Shown here in pieces: positions 55,092 to 64,000 of a DNA stretch of 64,000 nucleotides (positions are counted from its first letter, which is position 1; the number at the start of each line of letters is the position of its first letter). The stretch is taken from NCBI RefSeq assembly GCF_002854065.1, contig NZ_CP024147.1. The stretch is one strand, 5' to 3'. Source of the DNA: Escherichia coli (GTDB lineage: Bacteria; Pseudomonadota; Gammaproteobacteria; Enterobacterales; Enterobacteriaceae). The notes beneath the pieces are model-generated. The model did not search any database. It was given only the letters and a program-made list of their open reading frames with translations, and had not been told where the DNA came from. Position numbers and translations under genes: made by a program.

Positions 55092-57053
55092 GTGACCGTA
55101 TCTTCTCATCGACTTGAACTGTTAAGCCCGGCACGCGATGCCGCCATTGCCCGCGAAGCTATTTTGCACGGTGCCGATGCTGTTTATATCGGCGGCCCTG
55201 GTTTTGGTGCCCGTCATAATGCCAGTAATAGCCTGAAAGATATTGCCGAGTTGGTGCCGTTTGCCCATCGTTATGGTGCAAAAATTTTCGTCACGCTTAA
55301 CACCATTTTGCATGATGATGAGCTGGAACCCGCGCAACGGCTGATTACTGACCTCTACCAGACCGGTGTCGATGCGCTGATTGTTCAGGATATGGGGATT
55401 CTGGAACTTGATATTCCGCCGATTGAACTGCACGCCAGTACGCAGTGCGACATTCGTACAGTAGAAAAAGCGAAGTTCCTCTCTGATGTTGGCTTCACGC
55501 AGATTGTGCTGGCGCGAGAGCTGAATCTTGATCAGATCCGCGCGATTCACCAGGCCACGGACGCGACCATTGAATTCTTTATTCATGGCGCACTGTGCGT
55601 GGCCTATTCGGGTCAGTGCTACATTTCTCATGCGCAAACAGGGCGTAGCGCCAACCGTGGCGATTGCTCACAGGCGTGCCGTTTGCCATACACATTGAAA
55701 GACGATCAGGGGCGGGTGGTTTCCTATGAAAAACATCTGCTGTCGATGAAAGATAACGATCAGACTGCCAACCTCGGCGCGCTGATTGATGCTGGCGTAC
55801 GCTCCTTCAAGATTGAAGGGCGTTACAAAGATATGAGCTACGTGAAGAATATCACCGCCCATTATCGCCAGATGCTGGATGCCATTATTGAAGAACGTGG
55901 TGATCTGACGCGCGCTTCATCAGGTCGTACTGAACATTTCTTTGTTCCATCGACGGAAAAGACTTTCCATCGTGGTAGCACAGATTATTTTGTGAATGCC
56001 CGTAAAGGCGATATTGGCGCGTTCGATTCGCCGAAATTTATCGGCCTGCCGGTGGGTGAAGTATTGAAAGTGGCGAAAGATCATCTCGATGTTGCCGTTA
56101 CCGATCCACTGGCAAATGGCGATGGCCTGAACGTGTTGATTAAACGTGAAGTCGTCGGTTTTCGTGCCAATACGGTCGAGAAAACCGGAGAAAATCAGTA
56201 CCGCGTCTGGCCCAATGAAATGCCAGCAGATTTGCACAAAATTCGCCCGCATCACCCACTAAACCGTAATCTTGATCATAACTGGCAGCAGGCACTGACA
56301 AAAACCTCCAGCGAACGTCGGGTGGCGGTAGACATTGAACTGGGCGGTTGGCAGGAACAATTGATTCTGACCCTCACCAGTGAAGAGGGGGTCAGCATCA
56401 CGCATACGCTGGATGGGCAGTTCGACGAAGCCAATAACGCCGAAAAAGCAATGAACAATCTGAAGGATGGTCTGGCAAAACTGGGGCAAACCATCTATTA
56501 CGCCCGCGATGTGCAAATTAATTTGCCGGGGGCACTGTTTGTACCAAACAGTCTGTTAAACCAGTTCCGCCGTGAAGCTGCTGACATGCTGGATGCTGCG
56601 CGTCTTGCCAGTTACCAGCGCGGCAGCCGTAAACCGGTTGCTGATCCTGCGCCGGTTTATCCGCAAACGCATCTGAGTTTCCTCGCGAACGTTTACAACC
56701 AGAAAGCGCGTGAATTTTATCATCGCTATGGTGTGCAGCTGATTGACGCGGCGTATGAGGCACATGAAGAGAAGGGCGAAGTCCCGGTGATGATCACCAA
56801 GCATTGTCTGCGCTTTGCCTTTAATTTGTGCCCGAAACAGGCGAAAGGCCATATCAAAAGCTGGAAGGCTACGCCAATGCAACTGGTTAACGGCGATGAA
56901 GTATTAACGCTAAAGTTTGATTGCCGCCCATGCGAGATGCACGTTATTGGCAAAATCAAAAATCACATACTGAAAATGCCGTTACCGGGAAGCGTAGTGG
57001 CATCCGTAAGTCCGGATGAGCTGCTGAAAACATTGCCGAAGCGAAAAGGGTAA
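55092..57053 (+). CDS. ydcP: Peptidase U32-family protein YdcP (RlhA, needed for 23S rRNA 5-hydroxycytidine)
   Basis: 653 aa if started at the in-frame GTG at 55092 (MTVSSHRLELLSPARD...); U32 collagenase-like fold. The ORF track begins at an upstream GTG (55050). Confidence 0.82.
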   Translation: MTVSSHRLELLSPARDAAIAREAILHGADAVYIGGPGFGARHNASNSLKDIAELVPFAHRYGAKIFVTLNTILHDDELEPAQRLITDLYQTGVDALIVQDMGILELDIPPIELHASTQCDIRTVEKAKFLSDVGFTQIVLARELNLDQIRAIHQATDATIEFFIHGALCVAYSGQCYISHAQTGRSANRGDCSQACRLPYTLKDDQGRVVSYEKHLLSMKDNDQTANLGALIDAGVRSFKIEGRYKDMSYVKNITAHYRQMLDAIIEERGDLTRASSGRTEHFFVPSTEKTFHRGSTDYFVNARKGDIGAFDSPKFIGLPVGEVLKVAKDHLDVAVTDPLANGDGLNVLIKREVVGFRANTVEKTGENQYRVWPNEMPADLHKIRPHHPLNRNLDHNWQQALTKTSSERRVAVDIELGGWQEQLILTLTSEEGVSITHTLDGQFDEANNAEKAMNNLKDGLAKLGQTIYYARDVQINLPGALFVPNSLLNQFRREAADMLDAARLASYQRGSRKPVADPAPVYPQTHLSFLANVYNQKAREFYHRYGVQLIDAAYEAHEEKGEVPVMITKHCLRFAFNLCPKQAKGHIKSWKATPMQLVNGDEVLTLKFDCRPCEMHVIGKIKNHILKMPLPGSVVASVSPDELLKTLPKRKG

Positions 57054-57103
57054 AACGCCAGTTTTCTGGTTACTCACAACTTATTGAATCTGCATGATAT
57101 TGC

Positions 57104-57139
57104 CTGCCGGGTAAGGCGTTACGCCGCATCCGGCATCAA
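57104..57139. repeat. REP element
   Basis: GCCTGCCGGGTAAGGCGTTACGCCGCATCCGGCA palindromic unit between ydcP and yncJ. Confidence 0.7.
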
Positions 57140-57144
57140 ACGAC

Positions 57145-57375
57145 TCAACGTTGTCCCGCTTCTGGTTTGCGCGATTTTTGCCAGTAAAAATGCTCGCGCA
57201 AACCTTCCGCCGACTCTTCCGCCACAGCACGCAATTCATCGCTGTCCGCTTCATGACGCAGCTGATGATCCACATTCTTTACCCACACAAATTCATGTCC
57301 TTTGTGCCCTGCCATGAGTTGTCCTGAGAACAGCGCACACGTTAATAAGACAACCGATAACGCCTTCGTAAACAT
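57145..57375 (-). CDS. yncJ: Small secreted protein YncJ (DUF2554)
   Basis: 76-aa ORF with signal peptide MFTKALSVVLLTCALFSGQLMA. Confidence 0.82.
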   Translation of the reverse strand: MFTKALSVVLLTCALFSGQLMAGHKGHEFVWVKNVDHQLRHEADSDELRAVAEESAEGLREHFYWQKSRKPEAGQR

Positions 57376-57546
57376 CCTGCCACCTTTTTCTTACCTTTTG
57401 CCGCTATGATGCCGATCGTTTCTTGAGGTTATTATTCAGTTTTGCAAATTAGCGCAAAGAAATTCTGGAATCTTCCTTCCTGATTTTGCATTGCATTCTG
57501 CCGTTGCGGCGATTTAGTGCTATTTTCGAGCAAATTACACACGGAG

Positions 57547-57564
57547 GTAAACACTAATGTTTAC
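57547..57564. promoter_or_regulatory. Inverted repeat GTAAACA-ctaa-TGTTTAC in the hicA promoter region (candidate HicB operator)
   Basis: Perfect 7-bp arms directly upstream of a TATACT -10-like hexamer and the hicA start. Function is inferred, not demonstrated. Confidence 0.45.
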
Positions 57565-57596
57565 TTTGTTGATATACTCAGCGGCAGGGAGGCGAT

Positions 57597-57773
57597 GTGA
57601 AACAAAGCGAGTTCAGACGTTGGCTCGAATCTCAGGGCGTCGATGTAGCGAATGGCAGCAACCATTTGAAACTCAGGTTTCATGGGATGCGCAGTGTCAT
57701 GCCGCGTCACCCCTGCGATGAGATTAAAGAACCATTGCGTAAAGCAATCCTGAAACAACTCGGTTTGAGTTAA
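57597..57773 (+). CDS. hicA: HicA mRNA-interferase toxin (type II toxin-antitoxin)
   Basis: 58-codon ORF with GTG start, MKQSEFRRWLESQGVDVANGSNHLKLRFHGMRSVMPRHP...; below the ORF-track cutoff. Confidence 0.85.
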   Translation: MKQSEFRRWLESQGVDVANGSNHLKLRFHGMRSVMPRHPCDEIKEPLRKAILKQLGLS

Positions 57774-57797
57774 TCGCCAATTAAAAAGGTTAATGAC

Positions 57798-58235
<438 letters not shown>

Positions 58236-58313
58236 TTACAGTTAACGAAAAGTTGTCATTTTTAACAACTGATATAGACTGCCGAATCATCTGCACATAA
58301 TTACGATTCGATA

Positions 58314-59720
58314 ATGAAAAAATACCAGCAGCTTGCAGAACAATTACGCGAGCAGATTGCGTCGGGTATCTGGCAACCCGGCGATCGTTTGCCTTCGTTG
58401 CGTGACCAGGTGGCGCTTTCTGGCATGAGCTTTATGACTGTCAGCCATGCCTATCAGTTGCTCGAAAGTCAGGGATATATTATCGCACGACCGCAGTCGG
58501 GTTATTACGTTGCGCCACAGGCAATAAAAATGCCGAAAGTGCCAGTCATTCCAGTCACTCGAGATGAAGCAGTCGATATCAACACTTATATTTTTGATAT
58601 GTTGCAGGCCAGTCGCGATCCGTCGGTCGTTCCGTTTGCCTCGGCCTTTCCCGACCCGCGACTTTTCCCCCTCCAACAACTAAACCGCTCGCTGGCGCAG
58701 GTAAGCAAAACCGCCACAGCGATGAGTGTGATTGAAAACTTACCGCCAGGAAACGCAGAACTGCGTCAGGCTATTGCTCGTCGCTATGCCTTACAGGGCA
58801 TCACCATTTCTCCTGATGAAATTGTCATCACTGCCGGGGCGTTAGAAGCATTAAACCTCAGTTTGCAAGCGGTAACTGAACCGGGCGATTGGGTGATAGT
58901 AGAGAATCCTTGTTTCTATGGCGCGTTGCAGGCGCTGGAACGGCTACGGCTGAAAGCGTTATCGGTAGCGACGGATGTTAAAGAAGGGATCGATCTTCAG
59001 GCGCTGGAACTGGCGTTGCAGGAGTATCCGGTGAAAGCGTGCTGGCTGATGACTAATAGCCAGAATCCACTCGGATTTACCTTAACGCCGCAAAAAAAAG
59101 CACAACTGGTGGCGTTGCTCAATCAGTACAACGTAACGCTGATTGAAGATGACGTTTACAGCGAACTTTATTTTGGACGGGAAAAACCGCTGCCTGCGAA
59201 AGCGTGGGATCGCCACGATGGCGTTTTGCATTGCTCTTCGTTTTCGAAATGTCTGGTGCCTGGTTTTCGTATTGGTTGGGTCGCCGCCGGAAAACATGCA
59301 CGTAAAATTCAACGCTTGCAGCTGATGAGTACGCTTTCCACCAGCTCACCGATGCAGCTTGCGCTGGTGGATTACCTTTCCACGCGCCGATATGACGCCC
59401 ATCTTCGTCGCCTGCGTCGCCAGCTTGCGGAACGTAAACAACGTGCCTGGCAGGCACTGCTGCGTTATCTGCCTGCGGAAGTGAAAATTCATCATAATGA
59501 CAGCGGTTATTTTCTCTGGCTGGAGCTCCCCGAGCCGTTAGATGCCGGCGAATTGAGCCTGGCGGGACTGACGCATCATATCAGTATTGCGCCGGGTAAA
59601 ATGTTTTCTACCGGTGAAAACTGGTCACGTTTTTTTCGTTTTAATACCGCGTGGCAGTGGGGAGAACGTGAAGAACAGGCGGTAAAACAATTAGGCAAAC
59701 TTATTCAAGAACGGCTGTAA
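58314..59720 (+). CDS. ydcR: MocR/GntR-family regulator with aminotransferase-like (PLP) domain
   Basis: 468-aa ORF with N-terminal GntR HTH and C-terminal class I aminotransferase fold. Confidence 0.88.
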   Translation: MKKYQQLAEQLREQIASGIWQPGDRLPSLRDQVALSGMSFMTVSHAYQLLESQGYIIARPQSGYYVAPQAIKMPKVPVIPVTRDEAVDINTYIFDMLQASRDPSVVPFASAFPDPRLFPLQQLNRSLAQVSKTATAMSVIENLPPGNAELRQAIARRYALQGITISPDEIVITAGALEALNLSLQAVTEPGDWVIVENPCFYGALQALERLRLKALSVATDVKEGIDLQALELALQEYPVKACWLMTNSQNPLGFTLTPQKKAQLVALLNQYNVTLIEDDVYSELYFGREKPLPAKAWDRHDGVLHCSSFSKCLVPGFRIGWVAAGKHARKIQRLQLMSTLSTSSPMQLALVDYLSTRRYDAHLRRLRRQLAERKQRAWQALLRYLPAEVKIHHNDSGYFLWLELPEPLDAGELSLAGLTHHISIAPGKMFSTGENWSRFFRFNTAWQWGEREEQAVKQLGKLIQERL

Positions 59721-59964
59721 TAGCGTTTAATTTAATTCCTCTTAGATTGGGTAATATGAATTTCGAATAGCAGTCATATTTCCTAACTCCTTGTCTATAC
59801 TCCAGAAGATAACCTTACAGAAGGCATAATGCGCGGTAGCTCACAACCTGATTAAATTTTCTCAGGGGCGAAGGTGTGCCTGCAAGCCGCCGTCTATGGT
59901 TAAACAAGGAGATATTTTTACGGCACGGCGGCTGAACAATTAATTACGACAGGAGTAAGACCTT

Positions 59965-61110
59965 ATGAGCAAGACATTTGCCCGCAGCAGCCTGTGTGCG
60001 CTCAGCATGACAATAATGACCGCTCACGCCGCCGAACCGCCTACCAATTTAGATAAACCGGAAGGGCGACTGGATATTATCGCTTGGCCGGGATATATCG
60101 AACGCGGACAAACTGATAAACAATACGACTGGGTAACGCAATTCGAAAAAGAGACAGGCTGCGCGGTGAATGTTAAAACCGCCGCGACTTCCGATGAAAT
60201 GGTCAGTCTGATGACCAAAGGGGGTTACGATCTGGTTACGGCATCCGGCGATGCCTCGCTGCGTTTGATTATGGGTAAACGCGTGCAGCCGATTAATACC
60301 GCATTGATTCCCAACTGGAAAACGCTCGATCCGCGCGTGGTTAAAGGCGACTGGTTTAACGTGGGCGGCAAAGTTTACGGCACACCTTACCAATGGGGGC
60401 CGAACCTGCTGATGTACAACACTAAAACCTTCCCGACGCCGCCGGATAGCTGGCAAGTGGTTTTTATTGAGCAAAATCTGCCGGACGGCAAGAGCAATAA
60501 AGGCCGCGTTCAGGCTTATGATGGCCCTATCTATATTGCGGACGCTGCGTTGTTCGTTAAAGCCACTCAGCCGCAGTTGGGCATCAGCGATCCGTATCAA
60601 CTCACCGAAGAACAGTACCAGGCGGTGCTGAAAGTGCTGCGCGCTCAACACAGTTTGATCCATCGCTACTGGCATGACACTACCGTGCAAATGAGCGATT
60701 TCAAAAACGAGGGTGTGGTTGCTTCCAGTGCCTGGCCCTATCAGGCCAACGCCCTGAAAGCCGAAGGCCAGCCTGTCGCTACCGTATTTCCGAAAGAGGG
60801 CGTTACCGGTTGGGCTGACACTACCATGCTACATAGCGAAGCGAAACATCCGGTTTGCGCCTACAAATGGATGAACTGGTCATTAACGCCAAAAGTGCAG
60901 GGCGATGTGGCGGCCTGGTTTGGCTCGTTACCAGTCGTGCCGGAAGGGTGTAAAGCCAGTCCGTTATTAGGCGAAAAAGGTTGTGAAACCAACGGTTTTA
61001 ACTATTTCGACAAAATCGCCTTCTGGAAAACGCCTATAGCAGAAGGGGGCAAGTTTGTTCCCTACAGTCGCTGGACGCAGGATTACATTGCCATTATGGG
61101 CGGTCGCTAA
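59965..61110 (+). CDS. ydcS: Periplasmic polyamine-type ABC substrate-binding protein YdcS
   Basis: 381-aa ORF with signal peptide; PotD/PotF-like. Confidence 0.88.
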   Translation: MSKTFARSSLCALSMTIMTAHAAEPPTNLDKPEGRLDIIAWPGYIERGQTDKQYDWVTQFEKETGCAVNVKTAATSDEMVSLMTKGGYDLVTASGDASLRLIMGKRVQPINTALIPNWKTLDPRVVKGDWFNVGGKVYGTPYQWGPNLLMYNTKTFPTPPDSWQVVFIEQNLPDGKSNKGRVQAYDGPIYIADAALFVKATQPQLGISDPYQLTEEQYQAVLKVLRAQHSLIHRYWHDTTVQMSDFKNEGVVASSAWPYQANALKAEGQPVATVFPKEGVTGWADTTMLHSEAKHPVCAYKWMNWSLTPKVQGDVAAWFGSLPVVPEGCKASPLLGEKGCETNGFNYFDKIAFWKTPIAEGGKFVPYSRWTQDYIAIMGGR

Positions 61111-61127
61111 CTTCGCTGGGGTGCTTT

Positions 61128-62141
61128 ATGACGTACGCAGTGGAGTTTGACAACGTCTCGCGGTTGTACGGCGACGTGCGCGCAGCAGATGGCGTCAGTA
61201 TTGCGATAAAAGATGGTGAGTTCTTCTCTATGCTGGGGCCGTCCGGCTCCGGCAAAACCACCTGCCTGCGCCTGATTGCTGGCTTCGAACAGCTTTCCGG
61301 CGGGGCTATCTCTATCTTTGGTAAACCCGCCAGCAATCTGCCACCGTGGGAGCGGGACGTGAATACTGTCTTTCAGGACTACGCGCTATTTCCGCATATG
61401 TCGATTCTTGACAATGTCGCCTATGGGCTGATGGTCAAAGGCGTGAATAAAAAGCAGCGGCACGCAATGGCGCAAGAGGCGCTGGAGAAAGTGGCGTTGG
61501 GGTTTGTACAGCAACGTAAACCGTCACAACTTTCTGGTGGTCAGCGCCAGCGGGTTGCTATCGCCAGAGCATTGGTGAATGAACCGCGCGTATTGCTGTT
61601 GGATGAACCGCTCGGCGCACTGGATCTCAAATTGCGTGAGCAGATGCAGCTGGAACTGAAAAAACTGCAACAGTCTCTCGGTATCACTTTTATCTTCGTT
61701 ACCCACGATCAGGGCGAAGCGTTATCGATGTCCGATCGTGTGGCGGTTTTCAATAATGGACGCATTGAGCAGGTCGATTCCCCGCGCGATCTCTATATGC
61801 GCCCGCGCACGCCGTTTGTTGCCGGGTTCGTTGGTACATCGAATGTTTTTGATGGACTGATGGCAGAGAAACTTTGTGGCATGACGGGAAGCTTCGCCCT
61901 GCGACCGGAACATATCCGCCTCAACACTCCTGGTGAACTGCAGGCCAATGGCACGATCCAGGCGGTGCAATATCAGGGCGCGGCAACTCGTTTTGAACTG
62001 AAATTGAACGGCGGTGAAAAACTGCTTGTGAGTCAGGCTAATATGACAGGCGAAGAACTGCCTGCCACGCTCACGCCCGGACAACAGGTGATGGTTTCCT
62101 GGTCGCGTGATGTGATGGTGCCGCTGGTCGAGGAGAGGTGA
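61128..62141 (+). CDS. ydcT: ABC transporter ATP-binding protein YdcT
   Basis: 337-aa ORF with Walker A GPSGSGKTT, ABC signature LSGGQRQR and Walker B LLLDEP. Confidence 0.9.
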   Translation: MTYAVEFDNVSRLYGDVRAADGVSIAIKDGEFFSMLGPSGSGKTTCLRLIAGFEQLSGGAISIFGKPASNLPPWERDVNTVFQDYALFPHMSILDNVAYGLMVKGVNKKQRHAMAQEALEKVALGFVQQRKPSQLSGGQRQRVAIARALVNEPRVLLLDEPLGALDLKLREQMQLELKKLQQSLGITFIFVTHDQGEALSMSDRVAVFNNGRIEQVDSPRDLYMRPRTPFVAGFVGTSNVFDGLMAEKLCGMTGSFALRPEHIRLNTPGELQANGTIQAVQYQGAATRFELKLNGGEKLLVSQANMTGEELPATLTPGQQVMVSWSRDVMVPLVEER

Positions 62142-63083
62142 ATGGCGATGAATGTATTGCAATCACCTTCACGTCCAGGTCTGGGTAAGGTGTCCGGTTT
62201 CTTCTGGCGGAATCCGGGACTGGGGCTGTTTTTGCTGCTGCTTGGCCCGCTAATGTGGTTTGGCATTGTCTATTTCGGCTCGCTGCTAACACTGCTATGG
62301 CAGGGCTTTTATACCTTTGACGATTTCACCATGTCGGTAACGCCGGAACTGACGTTGGCGAATATCCGTGCGCTGTTTAATCCGGCGAATTACGACATCA
62401 TTCTCCGCACGCTGACTATGGCTGTGGCAGTCACTATCGCCAGCGCCATTCTGGCTTTTCCAATGGCGTGGTATATGGCGCGCTATACCAGTGGAAAAAT
62501 GAAAGCGTTTTTTTATATCGCGGTAATGTTGCCGATGTGGGCGAGCTACATTGTTAAAGCCTATGCCTGGACGTTATTGCTGGCAAAAGATGGCGTGGCT
62601 CAGTGGTTTTTACAACATCTGGGGCTGGAACCACTGCTGACTGCGTTCCTTACATTACCTGCGGTGGGCGGCAATACGCTGTCAACTTCCGGGCTGGGGC
62701 GCTTTCTGGTGTTTCTCTATATCTGGCTGCCGTTCATGATCCTGCCCGTGCAGGCGGCGCTTGAGCGTTTGCCGCCGTCATTGTTGCAGGCGTCAGCTGA
62801 TCTCGGCGCACGTCCACGACAAACCTTTCGCTATGTGGTGCTGCCGCTGGCGATCCCGGGTATTGCCGCTGGCTCTATCTTTACCTTCTCACTCACACTG
62901 GGTGATTTTATCGTCCCGCAACTGGTTGGCCCTCCAGGATATTTTATCGGCAATATGGTTTATTCCCAGCAGGGGGCGATTGGCAATATGCCGATGGCGG
63001 CGGCATTCACCCTGGTGCCGATTGTTCTCATCGCACTGTACCTGGCGTTCGTGAAACGTCTGGGAGCGTTCGATGCACTCTGA
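62142..63083 (+). CDS. ydcU: ABC transporter permease YdcU
   Basis: 313-aa multi-TM ORF directly after ydcT. Confidence 0.88.
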
Positions 63084-63867
63084 ACGCGCACCGTTTTTCC
63101 TCAAACTGGCGGCCTGGGGCGGCGTAGTTTTCCTACATTTTCCTATCCTGATTATCGCCGCCTATGCGTTTAACACTGAAGATGCGGCGTTTAGTTTTCC
63201 ACCGCAAGGCCTGACGCTGCGCTGGTTTAGCGTGGCAGCACAGCGTAGTGATATTCTTGATGCCGTGACACTGTCACTTAAAGTGGCGGCGCTGGCGACA
63301 TTAATCGCGCTGGTGTTAGGGACGCTTGCAGCTGCCGCGCTGTGGCGACGAGACTTTTTCGGCAAAAACGCCATTTCGCTGTTACTGCTGCTGCCCATTG
63401 CGCTGCCGGGCATTGTCACTGGTCTGGCGCTATTAACCGCTTTTAAAACCATCAATCTGGAGCCGGGATTTTTCACCATCGTGGTCGGCCATGCGACTTT
63501 TTGCGTAGTGGTGGTGTTTAACAATGTCATCGCCCGTTTTCGCCGCACCTCGTGGAGTCTGGTTGAGGCGTCAATGGATCTTGGGGCCAATGGCTGGCAA
63601 ACCTTCCGCTACGTAGTGTTGCCGAATCTCAGTTCGGCGTTACTGGCAGGAGGAATGCTGGCGTTTGCCTTGTCGTTCGATGAAATCATCGTTACGACCT
63701 TTACGGCAGGTCATGAACGAACGTTACCGTTGTGGTTGCTCAATCAGCTTGGGCGACCGCGTGATGTACCGGTAACTAACGTGGTGGCACTGCTGGTTAT
63801 GTTGGTAACAACCTTGCCGATCCTGGGGGCCTGGTGGCTAACCCGCGAAGGCGACAATGGTCAATAA
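63073..63867 (+). CDS. ydcV: ABC transporter permease YdcV
   Basis: 264-aa multi-TM ORF overlapping the ydcU stop. Confidence 0.88.
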
Positions 63868-63888
63868 CCACTGATACAGGAATATGCT

Positions 63889-64000
63889 ATGCAACATAAG
63901 TTACTGATTAACGGAGAACTGGTTAGCGGCGAAGGGGAAAAACAGCCTGTCTATAATCCGGCAACGGGGGACGTTTTACTGGAGATTGCCGAGGCATCCG
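63889..64000 (+). CDS. patD: Gamma-aminobutyraldehyde dehydrogenase PatD (YdcW), 5-prime end only; continues beyond the window
   Basis: ATG after an AGGA ribosome-binding site; translation MQHKLLINGELVSGEGEKQPVYNPATGDVLLEIAEAS. Confidence 0.8.
   Translation, partial: MQHKLLINGELVSGEGEKQPVYNPATGDVLLEIAEAS

Overview
This window reads as a contiguous stretch of Escherichia coli chromosome, recognised gene by gene from the translated ORFs; no database search was run. Gene order is ogt, IS1, zntB, FnrS, dbpA, ttcA, uspF, ompN, MicC, pfo(ydbK), ydbJ, hslJ, ldhA, ydbH-ynbE-ydbL, ydbA, pdxI(ydbC), ydbD interrupted by a second IS1, ynbABCD, azoR, hrpA, ydcF, aldA, gapC, cybB, RydC, ydcA, hokB, trg, ydcI, ydcJ, opgD, ydcH, rimL, ydcK, tehAB, ydcL, ydcO, sutR, ydcP, yncJ, hicAB, ydcR, ydcSTUV and the start of patD. 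Compared with the K-12 MG1655 arrangement as I remember it, four things stand out: (1) an IS1 without target-site duplication sits where abgT-abgB-abgA-abgR-smrA-dgcM should be, leaving only short abgT and dgcM stubs; (2) a second IS1, with a perfect 9-bp duplication, splits ydbD; (3) the Rac prophage and the feaR-feaB-tynA-paa cluster are absent from their K-12 positions; (4) ydbA (autotransporter) and gapC, both pseudogenes in K-12, appear intact here. I did not find a convincing previously undescribed system; the least characterised cargo is the ynbABCD lipid-enzyme-like operon and the ydbA/ydbD pair. Coordinates of features not in the ORF track (sRNAs, small ORFs, terminators, repeats) were counted by hand and may be off by a few bases.
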